DNA from: Eledone cirrhosa
Taxonomy: Eukaryota
NCBI GenBank assembly: GCA_964016885.1
Contig: OZ024742.1
Span: 330,584,001-330,648,000, forward strand
Length of the DNA: 64,000 bases
Direction: 5' to 3'
The notes beneath the pieces are model-generated. The model worked only from the letters and a program-made list of their open reading frames with translations. It had not been told where the DNA came from and searched no databases. Shown in pieces: positions 1 to 15,567 of this stretch. Positions within the stretch are counted from its first letter, which is position 1, and each line of letters starts with the position of its first letter. A program made the position numbers and the translations under genes.

Positions 1-1528
<1,528 letters not shown>

Positions 1529-1938
1529 TACACATATACATGAGGGTGGTTGTGCATGTGCACGTGTTTTTATGCGTACTTTTCATAAATATAATTATAA
1601 TATATGTGCATATAAACTGGAATATTTAAATTGGGAAGCGAACTTTAGCAAAACTATAATAAATGTATGACGACATGACGGTGTTACTTTTACAGCTGGG
1701 ATATATATACACAAAAACGAAACAATTGAACAAATATATGTGTACTATCAAAGGTACAAATTTGTAACAGCTTACTACTTAAAGTAACTTCCTGTATTAT
1801 TGAGATTTTCCAAAAGCTCGCTCGTCGGAAATTTGCCAATATTCGGTCGATGATATGTTGCCAATATTTTATCTACTATGTATATCACCTGATGGAGACG
1901 CAATTACATATACATTTCTCTCCCTCCTCTATCTATCA

Positions 1939-1941
<3 letters not shown>

Positions 1942-2029
<88 letters not shown>

Positions 2030-2088
2030 TCTCCCTCTCTCTCGCTTGCGCTCTTTCTCTCTCTCTTGCTCTCACTCTCTCTCTCACT
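1942..2088. repeat. (CT)n microsatellite
   Basis: Directly visible. Confidence 0.98.
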
Positions 2089-3787
2089 TTATATTTATAT
2101 ATATATATATATATATATATGAGTTTGTGTGTAGATGCGTATGTGCAATCATGCGTTATAAACACTATCAAATTTAATCCGTCTTTCTGCTTCCCCTACC
2201 CACACATTATTTTCAAAAATAAATTGCTCAAAACTGTAAACGTAAAAGGCCATTAATGTAGTGTGCATTTGCAAACTATTGCTTTGAACGTTCAGTTGTT
2301 AAATATTTCGTTGCATACTTCTTTTGGTGGGAAGGTGTTTGTGTCATGTAAATCAACATTTCTTGCACTGCTAGATAAAATTCGTTAATAAATACGTATC
2401 CACACGTTTTTCTTAGGGTCGGAGCAATGTTGTTACTACAATGTAGGACCACTAAACACCCTCATACAGGCGCGTTAGTGATATTTAAAGAAACATAATT
2501 TCATTAAATTTTAAAAATAATATATGATCAAGAAGTAAATTGTTAATATCTTTGCCACATCATAGTGTTGTGGAATTCACACAATATGTTAATGCTGCCA
2601 TATAATATCATAACATGCATCATCGTTTGTCATGGCTAATTAGAAGTTATTGGGCTGTATAGCGGAAATGCATTGTTAGTAATTTCCTTATCGTTGCCTT
2701 AGCAAGATGTTCCTAAACAATTTCGTCTATTTGCCAAACGGTATGGTCAAATTCAATGGGAGTATGTAGTGCAAAAGGCGAAGCTAACCTAGGGACTTAA
2801 CTTTCTAGGCACCGGCTCCGGTTTAAAGTAAAAAACGTAAATATTTCATGTTACCTAGAAGTCCGTAAAATTCACGCTATTTAGATTATTCCTTCTTCTA
2901 CGTTCCTTGAAAATACTCAGTCATACCTTAAGTTATATATATATAATATAAACATGGCCGGATGGTGTTAATTTTGCTTTGGAGTGTTTGATTTTGTTGC
3001 ATATGCGATGTCTGCATGTTCAGTTTCTGGTGATTTTGTGATGTGTGGAGTCATGTTTTTGTGCTTTTTTATTTTGTAATTGTATTTTTAGGTTTTACCT
3101 CGTCTTCGCCACTGGAAGACGAGGTGTCTGTGTCGGTAAGTGCGTCCGTGTCTCTGAAAAATGAAGGAAATTTCTTGGTGTGATAAGAGATATTTGGAAA
3201 CTAGAAAGGTGAATTCACTGGCGATTGGTGTACTTTAATAATTCAAATCTTCATTCTAATTCATTAGTTTTTGTATAAATTATGGTAAAACTTTTGTTAA
3301 ATTCGGAAGAGAACATAAGATCTGGTTAACTTTTAGAGGCACTTTCTCACATTCGGTGGCGACGTTCATTCTGTTCTATTGTGGTATGTTGATGATGTAT
3401 ATACACATATATAGAGAGAGAATAATCCAATCTGTCAGTAGAAGGATCATATAGTATATACATATGAAGAAGTGTAAATAAAAATAGGGCCATTGTACTT
3501 TGTTATGATAGGAAAGTGAAAGCCAGGATGAAAGGGTGATTGAGTGAGTATGATATTCGAGGTTTTGTTATGGTCGTCGATTGTTATGTTGACCCGATTG
3601 ACTACAAGGTTGTTCACCAAAATTAACAACGTCTTACCAACAGTAAAGTCAATAACCATTTACTGTAAATATTTCAATTATTAAAGAACACCAACCACTA
3701 GTGATGTCATCCTTCTCTTTTATTTCGTTATATATAGATACACACACGCACACACACACACACACATACACACACATACACACACAG

Positions 3788-3923
<136 letters not shown>

Positions 3924-4585
3924 ATATATATATACATAATATTTAGCGTGTACATGTATGTATAAGCGTCCATGTTTATGTATAATATACACACACACCT
4001 AAGAACATACAATATGGCTAACGAATCTAGATATTGGGCGAACGTTGAAGTAAGGGAGCATATGCTTCCCGATAATCGTTACGAAAGTATAACCTTATGC
4101 CATGTGGTATATCTGCTGCGGGAATCTGAATCTCGATAATACTGACATCAATTGATCAGTGACACAGATATACCGCAAATTACCTGAATACTCCATTATA
4201 TCTGACTGTGCTTGAATTAATATCTATTTGACCTCATGTCAGTGAACAATGAATATCGTGCGTATATGATAAAATCATAGGAAATCATTCTGAAGCGAGG
4301 AGATTCTTAAAAGGATCAACTACGTTAATCACAGCAATTGTTATAATTTCTTTAGAAATGTTTGATAATTCGAGGTTACGCACTGATTCTATTACATTTA
4401 ATTGACCTCTAATTGTTAACCGCCCGAAAATATGTTATACATATATGTGTTTGCGTTTCTGGGAGTATGTGTGATGTATGTCTTGTGTTCCCATGTTTCC
4501 TCATTACACACGCAAACACACTCATATATATTAAGTTATTCGGTTGAGCTAAGAGACTGCATATTGGAATTATATTATTGTTATT

Positions 4586-6385
4586 CCTTGAATCTCAGTC
4601 ATTGATGTTGGTTAACTGGAAAGTCCGTTGGATTGAATATCAAGCCACTACCTGCAGCCTCAGATATTCAGGACGTATCGGAGGGTTCTTGCTGTTCCAA
4701 GCAAGCATGCCTTTTGAAGCGTTCCAAAAAGCGTGAAGGCGCCGATTTTCTTTAACCATCCCTGGAAACCTTTGGAGATAGTCCCCAGTGCGCCTATGAC
4801 AATCGGGATCACTTTGACTTCATGGCAGTTCCAAATCCTTTTCACCTCCCACTTTAGGTCCTGGTATCGGTTAATTTTCTCCCTCTCCTTCTCTTGCACT
4901 CTCGTGTCGAACGGGCAGGCCACATCCACAATCAGGCACGATCTTTTTTCTTTGTCCATAACCACCAGGTCAGGTCTATTGTGTTCCAGTTTTTTGTCCG
5001 TCTGTATCCTAAAATCCCACAGCACCTTCACCTGACTGTTCTCCATCACCGCCTCTGGCCTATGCTCATACCATTTCTCAGAATGTGGTAGATGTTTACT
5101 TTGTACAGGTGCCAGTGGATCACCCTGCCCATCACATCGTGTCTCCAGCCCTTATAGTGGGTGTGGGCTAGGTGTTTACACTCGGATACAATGTGAGCCA
5201 CAGTCTCCTCTCTCTCTCCACAGATCCTGCACAGTGGGCTAGCCTCCTCCTTGTAGATATGGTGCTTCAACCACTTCGTTTTGAGGGCCTGCTCCTGCGC
5301 AGCCATTAGCATTCCTTCTGTAGCCTTTTTGAGGTCTCCTCTTCTCAACCAGTTCCATGTCTGTGGATCTCTAAATTCAGTTTTCTCAAAGAAGGTACTA
5401 TGAAGGGATTTTCCCTTAAGGCTGCTCTTCCTCCTTGATGTTATTTCCTCCTTGGACATCCCCTGGCCTACTGTCCACTCCTTCAGTACAGTTCTGAGCA
5501 TTGGCTCCTTACTATAGGTCACGTATTTGTATAGGTTGTTTTTCTCCATCTGAACACAGTCCTCTATGCTGATAAGACCTCTTCCACCCTCAGATCTCCT
5601 TAGGTAGAGTCTATCGACATCACTCCTCTTGTGGAACATGTTGTAGATAGTCAATAGCTTCCTAGTCTTCCTATCCATTTCTTTTTGTTCAGCAACATTC
5701 CATCTCAGAATTCCCGCACTGTACCTAATAATAGACACATCTCGGGAATTTACTGCGCTTATGGCATTTCTGCTGTTCAGATGTGACTTCAATACGCCCC
5801 TTACTCTCCGAATGTATTCAGTTCTTAACAATTCCTTCATTTTTTTGTTCTTTATGCCATCATCCTCCAGAACGCCCAAATACTTGTATCCTTCCTCAGA
5901 GTCAATTTCCTTTATCATCTCACCTGTTGGTATCTGGATCCCGTTACTTCTGCTCAACCTACCCCTCTTCACCACAATGACTCCACATTTACCAATACCA
6001 AACTGCATACATATATCACTGCTGAAAATACGGACAGTGTCAACAAGCACATCCAACTCCTTCTCACTTTTCCCGAAGAGCTTAAGATCGTCCATGAAGA
6101 GGAGGTGATTGATGGTAAGCTCTCCCCTTCCCAACTTGTATCCTGCTCTCACTTTTCGCAGCATAATGGTCAAGGGCATCAGGGCAAGGACAAACAACAG
6201 AGGGGACAGGCTATCTCCCTGGAAGATACCTCTCTTGATCTTCACGCTTCCCAAGGATACTCCAGTTGATGTCAACTCTGTCTCCCAGGACCCCATACTC
6301 CTGCCCAGCAACTGTCTGATGTTATCTGCCACCCTGAAGACCTCCAGGCTTTTGGTGATCCAGGAATGAGGCACCATGTCAAATG
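4586..6385 (-). mobile_element. R4/Dong-like non-LTR retrotransposon, 5'-truncated copy A (RT C-half, CCHC knuckle, restriction-like endonuclease); frameshift near 5090
   Basis: Motifs GIFQGDSLSP, HLLFMDDLKLF, YKYLG, CRICGEREETVAHIVSEC and RPDLVVMD..IVDVACP (PD-D/ExK). Both ends abut ATT repeats. Confidence 0.9.
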
Positions 6386-6399
6386 TTATTGTTATTATA

Positions 6400-6440
<41 letters not shown>

Positions 6441-6442
<2 letters not shown>

Positions 6443-6574
6443 TTTCAGTAACTGAAAAATTTGTTGAAATGAATATCAAGCCGCTACCTGCAGCCTCAGA
6501 TATTCAGGACGTATCGCAAGGTTCTTGCTGTTCCTACAAGCGTGCCTCTTGAAATGTTCAAAAATAAACTTCAC
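6441..6574 (-). mobile_element. Short diverged 3'-end fragment (copy B) of a related R4/Dong-like element
   Basis: Matches the 3' end of copies A and C (gaatatcaagccgctacctgcagcctcagatattcaggacgtatcg). Flanked by (ATT)n on both sides. Confidence 0.8.
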
Positions 6575-6605
6575 ATTATTATTATTATTATTATTATTAT
6601 TACTG

Positions 6606-6636
<31 letters not shown>

Positions 6637-6646
6637 CATTATTATT

Positions 6647-9376
6647 CCTTGAATCTCAGTCATTGATTTTGGTTAACTGGAAAGTCCGTTGGAATGAATA
6701 TCAAGCGACTACCTGCAGCCTCAGATATTCAGGACGTATCGGAGGGTTCTTGCTGTTACCAGCAAGCATGTCTTTTGAAGCGTTCCAAAAAGCGTGAAGG
6801 GGCCGATTTTCTTTAACCATCCCTGGAAACTTTTGGAGATAGTCCCCAGTGCGCCTTTGACAATCGGGATCACTTTGACTTCATGGCAGTTCCAAATCTT
6901 TTTATCTCCCACTTTAAGTCTTGGTATCGGTTAATTTTCTCCCTCTCCTTCACTTGCACTCTCTTGTCGAATGGGCAGGCCACATCCACAATCAGACACG
7001 CTCTTTTTTCTTTGTCCACAACCACCAGGTCAGGTCTATTGTGTTCCAGTTTCTTGTCCGTCTGTATCCTAAAATCCCACAGCACCTTCACCTGATCGTT
7101 CTCCATCACCGCCTCTGGCCTATGCTCATACCATTTCTCAGAATGTGGTAAATTGTTTACTTTGCACAGGTGCCAGTGGATCACCCTGCCCATCACATCA
7201 TGTCTCCAGCCCTTATAGTGGGCCTGGGCCAGGTGTTTACACTCGGATACAATGTGAGCCACAGTCTCCTCTCTCTCTCCACAGATCCTGCACAGTGGGC
7301 TAGCCTCCTCCTTGTAAATATGGTGTTTCAACCACTTCGTTTTGAGGGCCTGCTCCTGCGCAGCCATTAACATTCCTTCTGTAGCCTTTTTGAGGTCTCC
7401 TCTTCTCAACCAGTTCCATGTCTGTGGATCACTAAATTCAGTTTTCTCAAAGAAGGTACTATGAAAGGATTTTCCCTGAAGGCAGCTCTTTCTCCTTGAT
7501 GTTATTTCCTCCTTGGACATCCCCTGGCCTACTGTCCCCTCGTTCAGTACAGTTCTGAGCATTGGCTCCTTACTATCAGTCACGTATTTGTATAGGTTGT
7601 TTTTCTCCATCTGAACACAGTCCTCTATGCTGATAAGACCTCTTCCACCCTCAGATCTCCTGAGGTAGAGTCTATCGACATCACTCCTCTTGTGGAACAT
7701 GTAGATAGTCAATAGCTTCCTAGTCTTCCTATCCATTTATTTTTGTTCAGCAACATTCCATCTCAGAATTCCCGCACTGTACCTAATAATAGACACAGCT
7801 CGGGAATTTACTGCGCTTATGGCATTTTTGCTGTTCAGATGTGACTTCAATACGCTCCTTACTCTCCGAATGTATTCAGTACTTAACAATTCCTTCATTC
7901 TTTTGTTCTTTATGCCATCAGCCTCCAGAACGCCCAAATACTTGTTTCCTTCCTCAGAGTCAATTTCCTTTATCATCTCACCTGTTGGTATCTGGATTCC
8001 GTTACTTCTGCTCAACCTACCCCTCTTCATCACAATGACTGCACACTTACTAATACCAAACTGCATACATATATCACTGCTGAAAATACGGACAGGGTCA
8101 ACAAGCACATCCAACTCCTTCTCACTCTTCCCGAAGAGCTTAAGATCGTCCATGAAGAGGAGGTTATTGATGGTAAGCCCCCCCTTTCCCAACCCGTATC
8201 CTGCTCTCACATTTCGTAGTACACTGGTCAGGGGCATCAGGGCAAGGACAAACAACAGAGGGGACAGGATATCTCCCTGGAAGATACCTCTCTTGATCTT
8301 CACGCTTCCCAAGGATTCTCCATTTGATGTCAACTCTGTTTCCCAGAACCTCATACTCTTGCCCAACAACTGTCTGATGTTATCTGCCACCTTGAAGATC
8401 TCCAGGCTTTTGGTGATCCAAGAATGAGGAACCATGTCAAATGCCTTTCTGTAGTCTATCCATCCCATGGCAAGATCAGTGTGTCTCCTCCTGCAATTCC
8501 CCATTACCATCTTATCAATAAGTAACTGGTCCTTTGTACCACGTGACTTCTTTCGGCATCCTTTCTGTTCGTCCGGAAACAAGTTGTTTGTTTCGAGGTG
8601 ATGGTAGATTTCCTCAGACACAATGCTCGTCAACAGTTTCCACATTACGGACAGACATGTGATAGGTCTATAGTTGGTAACATTATTACCCTTGATTCGG
8701 TCTTTCATCATCAGAACTGCGGTACCTTTTGTCAACCACTCTGGTACCACACCTGACATCAAGCAGTCATTGAACATGGTTGTCAGTTTCGGGTGGAGGG
8801 ATGATACATTTTTAATCAAATATCCCTGCACACCATCTGGGCCTGGTGATTTCCAGTTGGTTAGTTTTTTTGCCTGCCCCTTAAGAGTTTCAACTGTGAT
8901 ACTCAAATCAGTTTGTTGGTGTGCCTGCTCACCGATCTTCCTCTGTACTGTCTCAATCCACCCTGCCTGGTCATTATGTCTAACATCCTGCTCCCATATT
9001 CCTCTCCAGAATGTTTTAGTTTGTTCCACCTCAGGGATCAAGTCGTTGCCTCTTTCTTTCCCCTCAAGCTGTCCAAACAGCATCTTCTGGTTGTTTTCGA
9101 ACATGCGGTTCTGTTTATACTGACTGACTCTGTTCTCGTATCGCCTGATTTTTGCACTCTTTGCTACAATGCGTTGCTTCAGTTCCTCTATGATAATATT
9201 TAGCTTTTTCTTCCTAGTTTTGTACTTTATTTCCAGTCTATTTTTAGTGTCTATGTTTTTTAGTGTCCCATTAGTGACTCAAGCTTTCCAATGTCATTTC
9301 TCATTTCCCTGATTTGACCACTCAGTCGTTTCTTCCACCAAGGCTCTGCTTTTTCTTGTCTGTTGTTTCCTCTCGC

Positions 9377-9380
<4 letters not shown>
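6647..9380 (-). mobile_element. R4/Dong-like non-LTR retrotransposon copy C (RT, CCHC, RLE); disrupted by stops at 7737 and 9260 and a frameshift near 6900
   Basis: ORFs 7737..9104 (NWKSPGPDG, NYRPITCL, QKGCRK, WIDYRKAFDMVPH, FQGD, FMDD) and 6870..7736. Highly similar to copy A. (ATT)n at both ends. Confidence 0.92.
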
Positions 9381-9424
<44 letters not shown>

Positions 9425-10621
9425 CAATATCTTCTCTGTTTTTGAATCATTCGAGGCGGTGTTCACATAACTCCTGAAATATTTACATAATGTACATTGT
9501 TATTAGACATTTTTCATTGCACGTTTGTTACCGATTCATAGATAAACTAACCCGGACGTTAGGTAACTTGTTTGGTTTTCTCCATATGCAGCCCGTATGT
9601 GCTAAACCGGGGTTTATGTAGCAAAAGACAACCTTAGTATTTTTTTTTCTTTAAAGAAAACAAGCCGGCTGCAGCAGGAACGGCATGATTGTAAAGGTCA
9701 CTGACAGCAACAGCAGAAGTACTAACAACAATGACAATAAAAAAAAACGATGGACGAATTTCGCTCTGCTAAAAATGTCAACAGGGCCATCATTTTCACA
9801 AGAAATACTAAAGAAAATAATAACGACAGAAAGCACATTTATTAAACCTTCCTGTTTAAAATTGCTATTATAACGTTGTTCATTCATAATATCGAGCTCT
9901 AAAGCAAATCCGCGTGATAAATGACACACGTTATCTGACATAGAACCATTACTTCCATATAAGTATTTGATGAAGTATGGCCGCTTTCACATTGTAACAA
10001 TTTAACGGGTATATGGTTATGTTATTAGTATAAGCATTCTTCTACTACAACTTATACTATTGCGTTATGTGATTTTTATTGAATAATTTAATGACATTAT
10101 CCATTGTAATGGTTGTATTTTCTGTTATCACAGCAGATATTTATGTAATTCAATTTTCCTATATTCCATCATAAAAATTCGTTGAAGTTTCGAGAGTTTT
10201 ATTCTGTCAAAACCACACAAAAGGTAACAAACGAATTGGAGTAAACATTAATATAGTTGCGCATGGCAAAGAAAAATATTCCCGTGATTATACTCAACAG
10301 TAATATCTATTAATTCGAGGAATATATGATTTTTGCAAGTGGTTTCCATTTAGTTTCCACTTAATCCAGCAGATTATATAACATTAGTTTATTGTTCTTG
10401 GATAATTTAGCGGACACAATTCTATCAAAAAATGTTCTTGCTTGATCACTGAGCCCAAAATATATTCCTACGATTTTCTTCAAATATGCTCAACGCATTA
10501 ATAAAACAAATATAAATATGAATTCCACTACGACAAAAACGTTTATACGGCTCCTAGAGACAACGAACTTTAGGCATATGATATTAAAAAATGCAATAAC
10601 ATTTATACATGAACTCACCAA

Positions 10622-10701
10622 ATAATTGTTTCTACTTTTGGCACAAGGCCAGCAATTAACCAGTGCATTACTGGTACTTTATTGTATTGACCCCGTAAGG
10701 A
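10622..10701 (-). mobile_element. 3' fragment of tRNA-derived SINE (same family as 26215 and 52213)
   Basis: The reverse complement matches the SINE tail ...taaagtaccagtaatgc..ggttaattgctggccttgtgccaaaagtagaaacaatt. Confidence 0.8.
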
Positions 10702-11482
10702 CTCACTAAATAATATATGTTAAGTAGTATCATTTAAAAAAAAAGGATGGAATAAATGTCTATTGAAACGTTGAAAGATAGTAAATCTTCATATTATTTG
10801 CATGCATGTGAAAGGGACCTACGTTCACATCTGAATATAGAAACACACAATTTATTGAAATTAATCGAGATGGGTTGAGGCGAGTATTTCGACAACAGTA
10901 TATATTTTATTATTAAAGATTTGAGCAATGCATTTTATTTATGTCATTTAATCTGCTTATTGTAAAGTGAATTTTTGTATAACGTTGCTAGAAAGGTAGA
11001 TCAAATAAATCCCCGAACAAAATCTACTCTATGCTAAACGTAAACAAATATTGCAAATGTATAATTAAAACACCGAAGTTATATCTATATTAACGTTGTC
11101 TTGACATAATTAATAAATACTGCTATCTAGTATAAACGAAAATTATTTAATCAATAGCGTTACCAGACGAAATTTCGCCATGTATTTTAGGCTAACAAAT
11201 TTATGAACATTCTATATTGTGCTGGCTATATACAGTGAGACTTTAGAAAGATCACTCGATCTAAATTCTCACAGAATCAGGTTTATTTTAATAATAAGAC
11301 AATCTTCAAAACACACAAGTGCAAGATCTTATATATCTGCTGTACTTTTCACAATTAATCCAATTAATTATATATACCATAACATTATAGCAATACATTT
11401 CATTTATGATTAGGATTTACATATGCTTAACGCATACGCACGTGCGCACGCAAACACAAAAGAATATACAGACACACACACA

Positions 11483-11541
<59 letters not shown>

Positions 11542-11907
11542 AGCAACATCGGTGAGGTTGGCACCCTTAACTCACGGTTGGGTTTGGATGCATTCATGTA
11601 TATGTGTGTGTCCGCATGTATCTGTGTGTTTCTAAATATATTGTTAATAACTCCCTCTGGTTGAGTAATCTTTGAAGTGTGGTGGCTGCTGGAAAGTTTC
11701 CATTACTCATACTTCTGTCCCCCTTCACCACCTCTTCTACGGCTTCGACATAAATACCCCCTCCGCCTCTGTGGTATTTTCTTCGGGGTTATAAGAGGCT
11801 TAGCTCTGTTTCTCGACCGTTATATCGCGTGACTATCTCCCCCTCCGCCTCTTGGGATTCTTTCTCACGTCGTGTGGACGCGTTCTTGAGACTAGTAAAA
11901 TGAGGTA

Positions 11908-11997
11908 TCCTCTTGATAAGTCGGCAGACCTCGCAGGGACTCTATATCTTTATGATGTATTGTTTTTGTTTATGCCACGAAACTACGTAGTCGAGGA
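11908..11997 (+). ncRNA. Type-I hammerhead ribozyme, family B (U3-A8 core, long stem II)
   Basis: Stem I TCCTC/GAGGA; core TTGATAA; stem II GT-CGGCAGAC...GTTTATGCC-AC; GAAA; palindromic stem III ACTACGTAGT; GTC cleavage triplet. A second copy lies at 56107. Confidence 0.8.
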
Positions 11998-12063
11998 ATC
12001 TAGGAGCATTTTAGGTATGATACATTTTATTACTAATTATATCTAAATGTTTCTTCTCTCTTC

Positions 12064-12097
<34 letters not shown>

Positions 12098-12662
12098 GAT
12101 AAATCTACCAAGAGTTTACGGTAGTGTCCAATCCGTATGAAGAACTCAATGTAATCCGGATATCATGGAAAGAAGAGATGCAATGAAAAATCACTTTCGG
12201 TGAAAGATAAACGGAATACAGAGTCAAGATAAAATATAAAAAAAATAATGAATAAAACAATGAAACAGTTCCTTATATTAAACAAAAAAAGTTCATTATT
12301 TAACGATCGTTTCTAGGATATATATGTGCTAGAATTGGCATGCATATTCAACAGTGTTGAACAAAAAGGTGACGTGGTTGCCTTAACACCGTATGGCATA
12401 AATTCAGGCTGTTCAGTTTGTTTACAAACGAACAAAGCGACGTTATAATAAGCGCCGCTAAACTGATACGTGCATATATGTATGTGTACCTGTATGCATA
12501 TGTATGTATATATGTATATATATATATATATATATGTGCATGCTACTGTACGTCTGTATACATATATGTATTTACGTATACATGCATACTTACATGTATA
12601 TATATATATATACATATATATATGTAGAGATATTTATGCGTGTCTTCTGATTCTGCTTATAT

Positions 12663-12693
<31 letters not shown>

Positions 12694-13349
12694 GGTGGAA
12701 ATGTTTGTACTATGCTTTTGATCCTGAATTATCGAGACGCCAAAAATATTTCTTCAATATCTTTTCATCTTGAAACAACAGTTACGTCAACATAAATCCC
12801 AAATGAAATTTTCATTTTTCCTGATATTGTTCTCTGACAATACAAATAAACCAGCCCTGCAGGATACACTGACTAAAAATTGCATTTTTGAAATTTGGAG
12901 ATCTAATCAATATAAATGTTACAGTTTTACCTTATTTCAGCTAACGTTGGCAATTCTCAATTGAATCAGATATTTTACAGATTGAATTCTATGTCATTTT
13001 GTTTTAATTTCTTTTATCATGGCAATGTCCCAGATGAATGGGCGTTACACACAACCTCCATATGCTATCTCAACGTAGCAGGGATTATTGCTAGAATAAT
13101 TATATTAATTCATAGTTTTGTTCTTACATTTACATTAATCCGGAGGAAAAATAAAAATAAAAGAATTCATGTAACTTAAAATGTGACGGATTTGTACACG
13201 TGTGTAGTACCATGCTACAGTAATGCTATATAGAACATAACCGCTGAAATCTCTCATGAGATATAACGGGATAAATATGAAATGTATATGACTGCAAGGA
13301 TGTTGATAAGTGTTATCTACTTCAGATATGTGTAAACTTTATATGCGTT

Positions 13350-13420
<71 letters not shown>

Positions 13421-13424
13421 ATAC

Positions 13425-13533
<109 letters not shown>

Positions 13534-13595
13534 AATATATATATACATATATACAATATTAAATAAATGGAAAACTATATTTATAAAACCATATT

Positions 13596-13661
13596 TATTT
13601 CATTATATATATTTCGGGGATATCATATTAACAATATGCTATGCCTTCATCAGACAAAATA
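13596..13661 (-). ncRNA. Type-I hammerhead ribozyme, family A
   Basis: Reverse complement of 17055-17120. Confidence 0.75.
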
Positions 13662-13899
13662 CAATATAAACAGTTTTATAGATAAATATATTCGACATAC
13701 CGTAATAAACATCGACTTCATTTGAAGAGGTTTACGCTAGCAGTGAAAATACAGAGAGAAAGAAAGAGAGAAAGAAAAGAGGGAAAAAAGACAGAAAGAA
13801 AGACAAAACGAAGAAAAGGAAGAAAACGAAGAAAAAGAAAAAGAAAAAGAAAAAGAAGAAATGCATGGGACAAAATAGAGATCAAAACCGAAGATCAAT

Positions 13900-15567
13900 A
13901 TGAAGGACCACAAGAGGAATTTTGAAAATGACCAGCCAGTTAGATTGATCGCACCTTCAAAATCGGACCTGGGCAAATTAAGCAAAAACATTCTTGACAG
14001 GGTGATACTGCAAATTAAGAACTTGGATTGTGTATCTAACCTGAGCTTGTGGAAGGGAACTGGAGAGGTTGTTGAATGGTTTAGGCAAATTAAATATGAC
14101 AATAATAATAGGTTTATTCAACTTGATATAGCTAACTATTATTCTTCTATTACCCCTAGTCTACTAAATAAGGCACTAAATTACGCATTCAAACATACGG
14201 ACCTAACTAGCAAAGAAATGCATATTATATTATCGACTAGGAAAACTTTGATAGAATTTAATGACAAATTATGGACCAGAGCAGATAGAGATAGCAATGT
14301 TGACATAACTATGGGATCTTCCGACTCAGCTCAGGTAACTGACCTTGTGGGCTTATTTTTAATCAATTCGCTACATAGGAAAATACCTGGTACTACCGGA
14401 GGTTTATATAGGGATGACATGCCTTTACTTATTAATAATAATAACCCTAAACTAAATAGAAAATGTAAACAAATTACAAAATTTTTTAATTACTTTAACC
14501 TTAAAATAGAAATTGAGAACAACCATAGAATAGCCAATTTCCTAGATATAACATTAAATCTCAACACATGTCTCCACTATCCTTTTCACAAGTTGAATGA
14601 AAACTTAAACTATGTCAACTTTAACTCTAACCACCCCAGATCTGTCAAAAACACTATAGTAAACTCAGTCCAAAAACGTATCTCTAGGATCTCGTCGAAT
14701 AGAAAGTTTTTTGACGAAAAGGCCCAATACTATAATGATGCACTAGCTAGGGCAGGGTATGCTGATAAGATTGTGTACATAGATAATGATAGACAAACTA
14801 AACAAAGTAACAACTTTTTTAATTACGGCAACAACATTAACAACTATAATAGAAAGCATTACAATAATTCCAAAGGACAAAAAAGAAATAGAACTAGGAA
14901 CATAATTTGGTTTGCCCCCCCTTTCTCACTAAACATTAAAACCCACATCGCTAAATTATTTTTCAAAGCTCTTGATAATCGCTTCCCTAGAACACATAGG
15001 TATCACTCAATCTTCAATAGGCATACAATTAAATTAACCTACTCATCCACCAAAAATTTAGCACAAAATATTAATAGAATAAATAATAGGAACTTAAAAC
15101 CTACTGATAATAGCATAAATAATATACAAGTTAACAAATGTAACTGTAGAGATAGATCTAAATGTCCGTTAAATAACAACTGCTTAGTTAAAAATATAGT
15201 ATACAATTGTAATGTTAATACTGACTCTAATTCTTTTAACTACGTCGGTTCCACATCGACGGAATTTAAACTTCGCTATAATAACCACAAGAATTCTTTC
15301 ACAGATCCAAATAAAAAATCTTCAACGGCACTATCAGGGGTACTCTGGCAACTTAAGCTAGATAACGTTAGATATTCGACGGCTTGGAATATAGTCTCAA
15401 GAGGGATTCCTTTTAATTCATCCTCTGAGACATGTGACCTCTGCGCAGAGGAGATATTCTTTATACTAAAATCTAAAAATTCCCTTAACCTACGGACAAA
15501 TTTATTCAGTTGTTGCAAACATAGATTAAACTCAACGTTTAAATATAAATTTAAATTTAAAATGTAG
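13900..15567 (+). CDS. PLE reverse transcriptase + Cys-rich linker + GIY-YIG endonuclease (N-terminally truncated, otherwise open, 555 aa)
   Basis: KDHK..RLIAPSKS, LDIANYYSSI, TMGS, LYRDD, NFLDITL, SNHP, WFAPP, CNCRDRSKCPLNNNC, IVY..YVGST..RYNNH, CDLCAEE, LNLR. Confidence 0.92.
   Translation: MKDHKRNFENDQPVRLIAPSKSDLGKLSKNILDRVILQIKNLDCVSNLSLWKGTGEVVEWFRQIKYDNNNRFIQLDIANYYSSITPSLLNKALNYAFKHTDLTSKEMHIILSTRKTLIEFNDKLWTRADRDSNVDITMGSSDSAQVTDLVGLFLINSLHRKIPGTTGGLYRDDMPLLINNNNPKLNRKCKQITKFFNYFNLKIEIENNHRIANFLDITLNLNTCLHYPFHKLNENLNYVNFNSNHPRSVKNTIVNSVQKRISRISSNRKFFDEKAQYYNDALARAGYADKIVYIDNDRQTKQSNNFFNYGNNINNYNRKHYNNSKGQKRNRTRNIIWFAPPFSLNIKTHIAKLFFKALDNRFPRTHRYHSIFNRHTIKLTYSSTKNLAQNINRINNRNLKPTDNSINNIQVNKCNCRDRSKCPLNNNCLVKNIVYNCNVNTDSNSFNYVGSTSTEFKLRYNNHKNSFTDPNKKSSTALSGVLWQLKLDNVRYSTAWNIVSRGIPFNSSSETCDLCAEEIFFILKSKNSLNLRTNLFSCCKHRLNSTFKYKFKFKM

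Noticed and set aside
3092-3135. Small exon-like segment (ttttag ... gtaagt) containing a hairpin
   Set aside because: Splice-like signals alone are common, and there is no recognisable protein or partner exon.
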